Counted from the stretch's first letter, positions 10,462 through 20,665 are shown. The stretch: DNA of 32,000 nt from Moraxella nasovis (GCF_022701215.1 NZ_CP089976.1:990001-1022000), one strand, 5' to 3'. The notes: a model not told the origin generated them from the letters alone. Numbers and translations are program-made.

Positions 10462-12969
10462 TCAAACATCTATTTTATCAAATTCATCTCGCCCCACCAC
10501 CGTATTATAAAGCCCCACCTTGTCTTTGTGTCTGTCTAGCCCTGTGTATTCTAGACTACTGTCTTCATAGCGTTTAAATTTATATACCGCATCATTCATC
10601 AGACTGCCATTAAAGACATTTAGGCGGTTTAGCAGAGCAAAATCTGATTGCGTAAGACCTGTTACACGGCGAAATAAATCAGGTTCAAGCTGGGTAATCA
10701 CATCTTCTAGACAATGCTCACGATAATCGGTCAGATACATAAATATGGGTATGCGTGTGGCGAATTTGATGAGTTTTTCTTGGATTTGTTTGCGAAGCGA
10801 TTTGTATTCTTTTTCTTCATCGCTAAGTTCTTTTTTCTCTTTGGGTGTCAGCTCATCGCCTTTTTCTTTTTTTGTTTTTGCCACGTTTTCAGATTTATTG
10901 ATGATTGTCTCAATGTCTTGGTTTAGACTTCTAAATCCTTCAATACCCATTAAAGCTTTCATCGCTTTATCATCATTCATCAGCCGTGTCAATGTGTCGT
11001 TATCCACATTAACAAGTAAAGCACTCTCCCACCGCCGTGCCAAAAGTGTGGCAGTCGTGCCACTCATCGCCATGTCTAGAACGCCGCCTGCATCTATCTG
11101 CTTCATCGTGCTACCATCATAGGCAAGCACAGGCAAAAAGCGGATAAACTCACCCACCTTTTGTTCAGGATTGGTGTTCGTGTTGTCCAACCGACAGCTG
11201 TATTCAGCGATTTGGCGTAAGGCTCTATTGGGAGCAAAATCAAAGACATAGCACTGCTCTTTTAAGATGGTCTCGCCATGTGGGTCGGTGGGGTCATAGT
11301 TTTTAAGCACCCAAGGGGTCTGCACCCGAAATGCCGCCTGAAAATAAGTCTCTGGGCTTGTGGTATTACGGAGCATAAAAATCCCCGTCCACGGAGCGAC
11401 CGATACGCCTGTGGTGAGCTTACCGCAGGAGAGCGTGATGGTCTTGGTGGTCAAAGGATTGCTGCCCATCGCCTGCTGTACAGGGGGCAAGGCTTCTACA
11501 CCAATACCTGCCTGCGTGCCTGCACAGACGATAATTTTATACTCATGAAAAAACTGATTTTGTTTTTGGGCCAATAAATTATTCATCGCAAAACAGCTCG
11601 CCACAGATGGCAAAAACCAAAAAGTATGCAGTAGCCCATTTTTTAGATGCACATCACTAAATGGCATGGGCGGTTTTTTTGCCCCCATTTTTAGGGTGTC
11701 TACGGTCATCTCAGGCAGTTTGTTTTGGATAAATTCTAGCCAGCGTTGCACTTCGTTCTCATGGATAAACCGTGCCGTATCGCCATCACCTGTCGCACGA
11801 AAAAACTCATTTAAATCAAATTCATTAAACTCGCCTTTCTTTGCCACATCACGAATGCTATCAGGGAGCTGATAGGTCATCATCACCATCTTGGGTAGTG
11901 ATAAATACGGATTTTTGCCGTATGTGTCGTCCCACTCGGCTTTGGCTTTTTGTTCGTCTGAATACGTCCAGTTAAAAATCTGCTCTTCAATAAATTCGCC
12001 TGACGACATCGCCCGAAATGGCGTGCCTGACAAATACAAATAGTGGTCTGTGGTAATCGGCAAAAGCTCTTGGTCAAAGTCTTTTAAAAATGAGCTTTCG
12101 GCAAATTCTTGCTCTTTTTTGTCGGTTTCGCCATCAAATAAATCACGAGCATTCTCACGCCACGCCCCATAATGATATTCATCAAAAATCACGCAGTCCC
12201 AATTTAGGGCGTGTACCCATTCATTTTTGGCTTTGATACCGCCTGATCTGGTTTTGCCCAAAAAGTCTTGAAATGACCCAAAGCAGACAATCGGGCGATT
12301 TTTATCCGCCGTGTCAATCGTCAAATCGCTGTTTTTGCTGATGAACTGCCAACCTACAAAATCCACATGGCTTTTTAGGTCATTTTCCCAAGCATCTTGC
12401 ACCGCAGGCTTGAACGTCAAAATCAGTATACGCTCCCAACCCATCGCACGGGCAAGCTGATAACTGGCAAAAGTCTTGCCAAATCGCATTTTGGCATTCC
12501 ACAAAAATCTGGGCGATTTGCCATGATTGGCAGGCTCTGCCGAAAAACTCTCAAAATACGCCTTGGTGCGTGCCACCGCCTGTGCCTGCTCAGGACGTAG
12601 CCCAAAATCTGCCGTGCGCCTGTCCGCCATCGCCTTGCCTGTCTTAACAGTCAAAAATGCCGAATGGACATCGTCTAGTGTGCAAGCGAACCACTCGCCA
12701 TTTGGTCTGTCAAAACCCATCTTAATCAGGGCTTGATGAATGGCATGGTCGCTAAATGTCGTGCCGTCATCACGAACCGCCAGCTCATCAAAGACAATCC
12801 GCCAGCTCTGGCGTGGTGTGGCAATCGGATACTGTGCCTGCACACGTTCCAAGGCGGTCTTGGTGGTGTAGCCGACCTTGATACAGCCGTCAAACCGCTC
12901 ATCGGTATAGGCATAAATGCGGGGTGGGTTTAGGGTGTCGGTGAGATTGACGGGGGTTTGTGGGTTCAT
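10462..12969 (-). CDS. T5orf172/GIY-YIG-like N-terminal domain fused to an SF2 (ResIII/DEAD-like) helicase; candidate effector of the island operon
   Basis: 835 aa. Residues ~17-100, RIYAYTDERFDGCIKVGYTTKTALERVQ...GEWF, match the T5orf172 (MUG113, GIY-YIG superfamily) pattern. The helicase has motif I AKMRFGKTF (~158-167), motif II VIFDEYH (~260-266) and motif III LSGTPFRA (~313-320). The C-terminal region has a charged coiled-coil-like stretch, KEKGDELTPKEKKELSDEEKEYKSLRKQIQEK. The ATG overlaps the upstream stop (ATGA). Confidence 0.8.
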   Translation of the reverse strand: MNPQTPVNLTDTLNPPRIYAYTDERFDGCIKVGYTTKTALERVQAQYPIATPRQSWRIVFDELAVRDDGTTFSDHAIHQALIKMGFDRPNGEWFACTLDDVHSAFLTVKTGKAMADRRTADFGLRPEQAQAVARTKAYFESFSAEPANHGKSPRFLWNAKMRFGKTFASYQLARAMGWERILILTFKPAVQDAWENDLKSHVDFVGWQFISKNSDLTIDTADKNRPIVCFGSFQDFLGKTRSGGIKAKNEWVHALNWDCVIFDEYHYGAWRENARDLFDGETDKKEQEFAESSFLKDFDQELLPITTDHYLYLSGTPFRAMSSGEFIEEQIFNWTYSDEQKAKAEWDDTYGKNPYLSLPKMVMMTYQLPDSIRDVAKKGEFNEFDLNEFFRATGDGDTARFIHENEVQRWLEFIQNKLPEMTVDTLKMGAKKPPMPFSDVHLKNGLLHTFWFLPSVASCFAMNNLLAQKQNQFFHEYKIIVCAGTQAGIGVEALPPVQQAMGSNPLTTKTITLSCGKLTTGVSVAPWTGIFMLRNTTSPETYFQAAFRVQTPWVLKNYDPTDPHGETILKEQCYVFDFAPNRALRQIAEYSCRLDNTNTNPEQKVGEFIRFLPVLAYDGSTMKQIDAGGVLDMAMSGTTATLLARRWESALLVNVDNDTLTRLMNDDKAMKALMGIEGFRSLNQDIETIINKSENVAKTKKEKGDELTPKEKKELSDEEKEYKSLRKQIQEKLIKFATRIPIFMYLTDYREHCLEDVITQLEPDLFRRVTGLTQSDFALLNRLNVFNGSLMNDAVYKFKRYEDSSLEYTGLDRHKDKVGLYNTVVGRDEFDKIDV

Positions 12970-13647
12970 TGGGTTTTTCTCGCTTTTAAGAAAAATTCAA
13001 TTTCATCATTTTGAACTTTTTGATGATAAAAATTTAAAAAATCTTGTTCAAGATATTTATGACCATCTAATAAAAAAGGAATATGATTTCCCAAATCATT
13101 TGGCGAGATAATTAAATCTAATTTATCCGTCAATTCATTTTTATCCAAAAATTCTTGAACAATTTGTGTCGTTGTGGGATTACTATATAAATCAAATTCT
13201 TGATAATTTAATCCATCAATTGACGCCAGTTCTTTTCGTTTTTCGTATTTAAAGTCTTGAATAACATCTTGACAAAATTCCTTAAAATTTTCAAAATCTG
13301 TTGGCTTTTTAATCGCTTTTGTTGATAAAATAGAAACCTGTCGGAATTTGCTTTTATCTGACAAATCTCTAATATAAAAACATTTTTTTGCTATTTCTAT
13401 TACGAATTTCTTTTGGTGGATAATCCACATAAAATTCACAATTATCCAAATCAAAATGCTGTTTTAACTCATCTCTACCGCTATAAAAACAGCTTAAAAA
13501 ATCTTTTAAATCCAAAATATCATCAGCATTAGTAACAATACCGCCCAAATTTTGCTCGGCATTATCCCTAATAGATTGAAAATGTTTAACTAGATTAGTT
13601 TGATTAAAAGATACATTGCGTGTTTTTAACGTATAATTTTTACTCAT
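12966..13647 (-). pseudogene. unknown-function gene (~226 aa if intact) split by a frameshift at an A7 tract
   Basis: The N-terminal part (ATG 13647, MSKNYTLKTRNVSF...EIRNRNSKKMFLY*) stops at 13369. The C-terminal part continues in the +1 frame to 12966 (...KKCFYIRDLSDKSKF...KARKTQ*). With A6 instead of A7 at 13383-13389 the two parts join as ...NSKKCFYIRDL.... I recognise no domain. Confidence 0.6.
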
Positions 13648-15175
13648 TTTCAAGCTCCATCGGTCTAACCATCTTTTCAATAAAAGCAATCTCATCATCA
13701 GATAAACCATATTTTTGATACAATTCATCATCTGTCCACGATTTTGAAAAGTCTTGCATAGGTACGAATTGATAAACTTTTTGAGTTCCATCTTGTGTAT
13801 TCTTTTTAAGTAGAACCAAAAAGCGGAAAAATCTTGTACTAATATAAGACATTACATTTTTGCAAATTTGTTCATTTTCAAATGTTCCAATAACTAAATA
13901 AGTTTCTGTACAAGCTGTATTTGGTTTACCCAAAAATGGTTTTCCTAATACCCAAAAATTAGATGAAATTCTTTCCCCATAAGCTCTTGCAATATAAACT
14001 TTATACTGATTAACCCAATTTCTATTCCTATCTATATCATTTAAACTTATATAATTTATACCATCGCTTGTATACAATTCAACACTGTTACTATTTGATT
14101 TTGATTGTCCACGATATGATGTAGAAAAACCGAATGGCTTTCTTGAACTAACCAAATTTGAAAAACTTTTTTCTTTAAAATTTTTAATCTTTCTTAATAT
14201 AGAAATTGCCTGATTAAAACGAATAAAAGTTTCAGTGCCATCTTCTTTTAAATATCTATTCATTCTTGAAACAATACTATTTCCTTCAATGGTTTCCACC
14301 AAGCAAGTTCCAGAGTGGCTCTTATCCCACAAAAAATAAGAAACCCCGCCTGAAATATCCACGCCTGGAAAGCAATCATTTGAATCAATATAATCAACCA
14401 AAACTTTTAGACGTCTATCATTTAGCATTTCATCACGAAATTCATCAAGCCCTTTTCCACCTGCAAACCAACGACTAGGCGTAATCATAATCAGATAATG
14501 CGGATTTAATTTTTTGGCTTGCTGGATAAATTTATGATAAATAGGCGTGGCACTTGCAGAAGCACCACCATCCGATAATTGATACGGCGGATTACCAATA
14601 ATTACATCAAATTTCATTTTACTAATTTCCAATTCATAAAAAGATGGGTGGATAAATGCATACGCATGGGTCTCAAATTCATGCTCACGGCTGATACTGC
14701 CGTTACTTTTGTCATAGACATCTTGACTTGCTCCACAGGCTGTGCATTTGCCGTTTTGCCATGTATGCTCGCTTTGGGGGAAAAAGATATTGCCATCATT
14801 ATCATCAAATGCTGTACAAATGCTGTATTCTCCCCCTGCTCGCTTGGCACAATAGACGCTCCGCCGTGATAATAGAGCGGTCAGATGTGTGATGGCGATA
14901 CCGTAGAGTTGCTGGCTAAATATATGATTGAGCCGTTCTTGTAGGTCTGGGATTTGGTGTTCTAAGCCTTTGATGAGACGTTTGGTGATTTCTCGTAGGA
15001 ATACACCTGATTTGCAGACAGGATCCAAAAATGTCGTGTTTGGATTTTCAAATAATGCCTGGGGCAGTCTGTCCAATATTTCATTGACGAGCTTTGGCGG
15101 GGTAAAAACTTCATCATTGGATAAATTGGCAAGGCATTCCAAAACGTCTGGGTTGTAATTGATTAAATCACTCAT
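13640..15175 (-). CDS. N6-adenine DNA methyltransferase, gamma-class Eco57I-like, with a large C-terminal putative target-recognition region
   Basis: 511 aa. It has N-terminal DEVFTPPKLVNEILD, motif I variant FLDPVCKSGVFL, and motif IV FDVIIGNPPYQL (NPPY at residues 195-198, nt ~14582-14593). About 310 aa follow motif IV. Confidence 0.85.
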   Translation of the reverse strand: MSDLINYNPDVLECLANLSNDEVFTPPKLVNEILDRLPQALFENPNTTFLDPVCKSGVFLREITKRLIKGLEHQIPDLQERLNHIFSQQLYGIAITHLTALLSRRSVYCAKRAGGEYSICTAFDDNDGNIFFPQSEHTWQNGKCTACGASQDVYDKSNGSISREHEFETHAYAFIHPSFYELEISKMKFDVIIGNPPYQLSDGGASASATPIYHKFIQQAKKLNPHYLIMITPSRWFAGGKGLDEFRDEMLNDRRLKVLVDYIDSNDCFPGVDISGGVSYFLWDKSHSGTCLVETIEGNSIVSRMNRYLKEDGTETFIRFNQAISILRKIKNFKEKSFSNLVSSRKPFGFSTSYRGQSKSNSNSVELYTSDGINYISLNDIDRNRNWVNQYKVYIARAYGERISSNFWVLGKPFLGKPNTACTETYLVIGTFENEQICKNVMSYISTRFFRFLVLLKKNTQDGTQKVYQFVPMQDFSKSWTDDELYQKYGLSDDEIAFIEKMVRPMELENE

Positions 15176-15861
15176 TTTTTATACTCCTTGTCGCTTAAAT
15201 CAATATCCAAAAAATACACAGGCGGGTATTCTTTTATCGGCTCAGGGATATAAGCGTCATCGCCCAAATCCGAAAATAACGGCAATTCACGCTCGCTGGA
15301 TTTATTGATTAAATCAGGATAGACATATTCACGGCGTATCATATCCGTGCCAAGCATTGACCATTCACTAAACACAATGGGCGTGCCGTCTTTCTGCTTT
15401 AATGATAAAGCATCTCCACATAAGATATTTTTTGATAATAAAAAACGTGCCACGTCTATACAGCGTGGGTTAATGTTTTTAAAATGAGATGAGTAATGAT
15501 TTTGAAAAATCGCTAATAACCGCTCACGACATTCAGCGACATTGTCAGCCAACAGCTCAATACCATAAATGGAGCTAATGGCGGTAATGGCGTTTAATTC
15601 GTAGTTGTATTGAATTTTTTTGTGTTTTTGGTAAATGGCGGTAAGTTTTCGCTGTAATATCACCGCAAGAAAATTCCCCGTACCACAGGCAGGCTCTAAA
15701 AAGGTGGCTTCGGGGTCGGTGCATTGGTGAGCGACCAAATCAAGCATGGCATTGACTTCACGCTCATTTGTATAAACTTCGCCATGGTCTTTGATACGCT
15801 CACGAGACTTGGTCTGAGATGGGGACTGGGGGTGTGTTTGAGTGGCTGATTTAACTTGCAT
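15172..15861 (-). CDS. methyltransferase-like SAM-binding protein lacking the catalytic (D/N/S)PP(Y/F/W) motif
   Basis: 229 aa. It has GEVYTNEREVNAMLDLV (like the GEVFTP helix), canonical motif I FLEPACGTGNFL, motif II/III-like YGIELLADNV, and ILCGDALS. I could find no NPPY-type tetrad in the sequence. Its stop overlaps the next ATG (ATGA). Confidence 0.7.
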   Translation of the reverse strand: MQVKSATQTHPQSPSQTKSRERIKDHGEVYTNEREVNAMLDLVAHQCTDPEATFLEPACGTGNFLAVILQRKLTAIYQKHKKIQYNYELNAITAISSIYGIELLADNVAECRERLLAIFQNHYSSHFKNINPRCIDVARFLLSKNILCGDALSLKQKDGTPIVFSEWSMLGTDMIRREYVYPDLINKSSERELPLFSDLGDDAYIPEPIKEYPPVYFLDIDLSDKEYKK

Positions 15862-15952
15862 GGGATTGCCCCGTGCAGGTCAGATGGTTTGCTAAATGAG
15901 ATAAGAATGGGGTATGATGGGATACTAAGAGATTTTGGGTATGGCTTAGACT

Positions 15953-16106
15953 AGGTACGCAGGTACGCAGGTACGCAGGTACGCAGGTACGCAGGTACGC
16001 AGGTACGCAGGTACGCAGGTACGCAGGTACGCAGGTACGCAGGTACGCAGGTACGCAGGTACGCAGGTACGCAGGTACGCAGGTACGCAGGTACGCAGGT
16101 ACGCAG
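15953..16106. repeat. perfect tandem octanucleotide repeat (AGGTACGC)x19 plus a partial unit; the minus-strand unit is GCGTACCT
   Basis: Counted directly: units start at 15953 + 8k for k = 0 to 18, with no substitutions. It lies 92 nt upstream of the first ATG of the island operon (15861). Confidence 0.97.
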
Positions 16107-16178
16107 AGCATTATAGCGGGCAAATACAGCCTGTCAAGACAATACATGACAATTTCCAATAAAAAGTGAGAAAACTTG

Positions 16179-16207
16179 ATTCTATCATAAATAATAATAC
16201 CAACCAA
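16179..16207 (-). promoter_or_regulatory. putative sigma70 promoter upstream of the repeat, which would place the repeat in a ~310-nt leader
   Basis: The minus strand reads TTGGTT (16207-16202), a 17-nt spacer, then TAGAAT (16184-16179). This rests on sequence pattern only, and other promoters cannot be excluded. Confidence 0.3.
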
Positions 16208-16323
16208 GATGATTAGGGTGGTTTTGTTAATAAATACAGGTGTATTGATAAAGTAGAGATTCTTTGTATATCATACCGGTGAGATAATAGATAACACCAC
16301 AATTCATGCAAGCCCATTTGTAT

Positions 16324-16337
16324 GTTTCACATGAAAC
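16324..16337. repeat. 14-bp palindrome copy, central variant (GTTTCACATGAAAC)
   Basis: Intergenic, between the island and the guaA terminator. The extended context is TATGTTTCACATGAAACATA. Confidence 0.7.
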
Positions 16338-16371
16338 ATATATTTTGAATTCATCTTATCATCACACCCAA

Positions 16372-16399
16372 AAAAACCAAGCACATAGACTTGGTTTTT
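16372..16399 (-). terminator. Rho-independent terminator after guaA
   Basis: The minus strand reads AACCAAG-TCTATGTG-CTTGGTT followed by TTTTTT, immediately 3' of the guaA stop. Confidence 0.65.
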
Positions 16400-16405
16400 A
16401 TGTAT

Positions 16406-17968
16406 TTACTCCCACTCAATGGTCGCAGGTGGCTTGCTACTGACATCATATACCACACGAGACACATCACGGATTTCATTCATGATACGAGTTGAGATTT
16501 TATCCACCAAATCATAAGGCAAATGGGCAAAGCGTGCCGTCATAAAGTCCACCGTCTCAACCGCACGAAGTGCAATCACCCACGCATAACGTCTGCCATC
16601 ACCGACCACCCCTACCGACTTGACAGGCTGAAATACCGCAAATGCCTGTGCCGTCTTATCATACCAACCAGACGCACGAAGCTCCTGCATAAAGATGTCG
16701 TCCGCCATACGCAAAATATCGGCGTATTCTTTTTTGACTTCGCCCAAAATCCGCACGCCAAGACCCGGACCTGGGAATGGGTGGCGATAAATCATGTGAT
16801 GGGGAATGCCAAGTGCCACACCCAATTTGCGTACTTCATCTTTGAATAAATCACGCAGCGGCTCAACCAGTTCAAACGCCAAATCATCAGGCAAACCACC
16901 AACATTATGGTGCGATTTAATGACATGAGCCTTGCCTTGCTTGCTTGCCGCCGATTCAATCACATCAGGATAAATCGTCCCTTGCGCCAAGAATTTCACG
17001 CCATCTAGCTTACGTGCTTCTTCTGAAAACACTTCAATAAATTCTCGTCCGATGATTTTGCGTTTCGCTTCTGGGTCTGTTACGCCTGCCAATGCCATCA
17101 AAAAACGAGACTCAGCGTCAGCACGAATCACACGAATGCCCATATTCTGGGCGAACATTTGCATAACCTCATCGCCTTCATTTAGGCGTAATAAGCCATT
17201 ATCCACAAAAACGCAGGTTAATTGGTCGCCAATCGCCTTATGCAAAAGTGCCGCCACCACCGAACTATCCACACCGCCAGATAAGCCAAGCAATACCTTT
17301 TGGTCGCCGATTTGCTCTTTTAGTTGGGCGATGCGTAGCTCAATGATGTTCTCAGAATTCCACGCATGACCACAGCCACAAATACCATGTACAAAATTAG
17401 AAATCAGCACCACCCCTTTGTCGGTATGCGTAACTTCTGGGTGAAACTGCACCCCATAAAAGCCACGATGCTCATCGCTGGCAGATGCATACGGACAGCT
17501 AGGCGTGCTTGATGTGCTAACAAATCCTTCTGGCAATAAAGATACTTTATCCCCATGGCTCATCCACACTTGGACTTGGTTTTTGTCGTTGGCGATGTTA
17601 CTGAGCAAACGGTCTTGGTGTAATACGTCAATCTCAGCATAACCAAATTCATGCACCAAGCCAGCTTCTACCTTGCCACCAAACTGCTCTGCCATCGTCT
17701 GAAAGCCATAGCAAATACCAAGCACAGGTACGCCAAGCTCAAACACCGCTTTGGGGGCACGTGGACTGCCTGCCTCATGGACGCTCTCAGGACCGCCAGA
17801 TAAAATGATGCCTTTTGGATTAAAGGCTTTGATGTCATCATCAGACATATCAAACGCATACATCTCAGAATACACGCCAGCTTCACGAACACGGCGAGCG
17901 ATAAGCTGGCTGTATTGTGAGCCAAAATCTAGGATTAAAATGCGGTCAGTGGTGATGGTCTGCGTCAT
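16406..17968 (-). CDS. guaA: GMP synthase (glutamine-hydrolysing)
   Basis: 520 aa with the N-terminal GATase ([27 protein letters not shown]), the ATP-PPase P-loop SGGVDSSV, and the C-terminal PPATIEWE. Confidence 0.96.
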   Translation of the reverse strand: MTQTITTDRILILDFGSQYSQLIARRVREAGVYSEMYAFDMSDDDIKAFNPKGIILSGGPESVHEAGSPRAPKAVFELGVPVLGICYGFQTMAEQFGGKVEAGLVHEFGYAEIDVLHQDRLLSNIANDKNQVQVWMSHGDKVSLLPEGFVSTSSTPSCPYASASDEHRGFYGVQFHPEVTHTDKGVVLISNFVHGICGCGHAWNSENIIELRIAQLKEQIGDQKVLLGLSGGVDSSVVAALLHKAIGDQLTCVFVDNGLLRLNEGDEVMQMFAQNMGIRVIRADAESRFLMALAGVTDPEAKRKIIGREFIEVFSEEARKLDGVKFLAQGTIYPDVIESAASKQGKAHVIKSHHNVGGLPDDLAFELVEPLRDLFKDEVRKLGVALGIPHHMIYRHPFPGPGLGVRILGEVKKEYADILRMADDIFMQELRASGWYDKTAQAFAVFQPVKSVGVVGDGRRYAWVIALRAVETVDFMTARFAHLPYDLVDKISTRIMNEIRDVSRVVYDVSSKPPATIEWE

Positions 17969-18073
17969 GTGTTTTGCCTTTTGTTTGGTATTAAATAAAG
18001 TAATTGGTTAATCAGATATTGCCAAACGACGGTATCGCTTGGCAGGGTTATTTATGTTTTAAACATCTTAACT

Positions 18074-20536
<2,463 letters not shown>

Positions 20537-20599
20537 TTAAAAATCAAAGTCTTAGCAAGCTGATCGATTTTGATTTTATTGTAATAATAAATACCCATT

Positions 20600-20628
20600 A
20601 TTATAGCATTTTTTTTGTAAAAAGTCAT
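20600..20628 (-). promoter_or_regulatory. putative sigma70 promoter for gyrB
   Basis: The minus strand reads ATGACT (20628-20623), a 17-nt spacer, then TATAAT (20605-20600). Confidence 0.35.
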
Positions 20629-20665
20629 AGGTTTGGCAAGGCTTTAGCGATGATGTAGGATTGCT

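Noticed and set aside
13369-13791. The listed 140-aa ORF starting at 13791
   Set aside because: Its first 48 codons lie inside the 3' end of the 511-aa methylase gene in another frame. The plausible start is the internal ATG at 13647, which overlaps the methylase stop (ATGAGTAA).
15953-16106. Possible CRISPR array
   Set aside because: The units are 8 nt long and directly abutting, with no spacers. No cas genes are nearby.
15862-16106. The idea that repeat copy number switches translation by fusing an upstream ORF in frame with the 229-aa methyltransferase-like gene
   Set aside because: The methyltransferase frame has a TGA at 15880-15882 only six codons upstream of its ATG. Read-through from the repeat therefore cannot reach it in that frame.
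15851-16207. A 118-aa ORF containing the repeated peptide VPAYLRTC (6 copies)
   Set aside because: It is simply the translation of the 8-nt tandem repeat, since 3 units make 24 nt or 8 aa. It has no SD and an implausible N-terminus, and any copy-number change would destroy the frame. I treat it as non-coding repeat DNA.
10367-16371. The island as a classical mobile element (prophage, ICE, transposon or integron)
   Set aside because: I found no integrase, transposase, recombinase, tRNA gene or convincing terminal repeats. Only a weak direct similarity exists at the left edge (TGTGATAAAGTT versus TGGGATAAAGTT, ~10370-10412). I call it an accessory island of unknown insertion mechanism.
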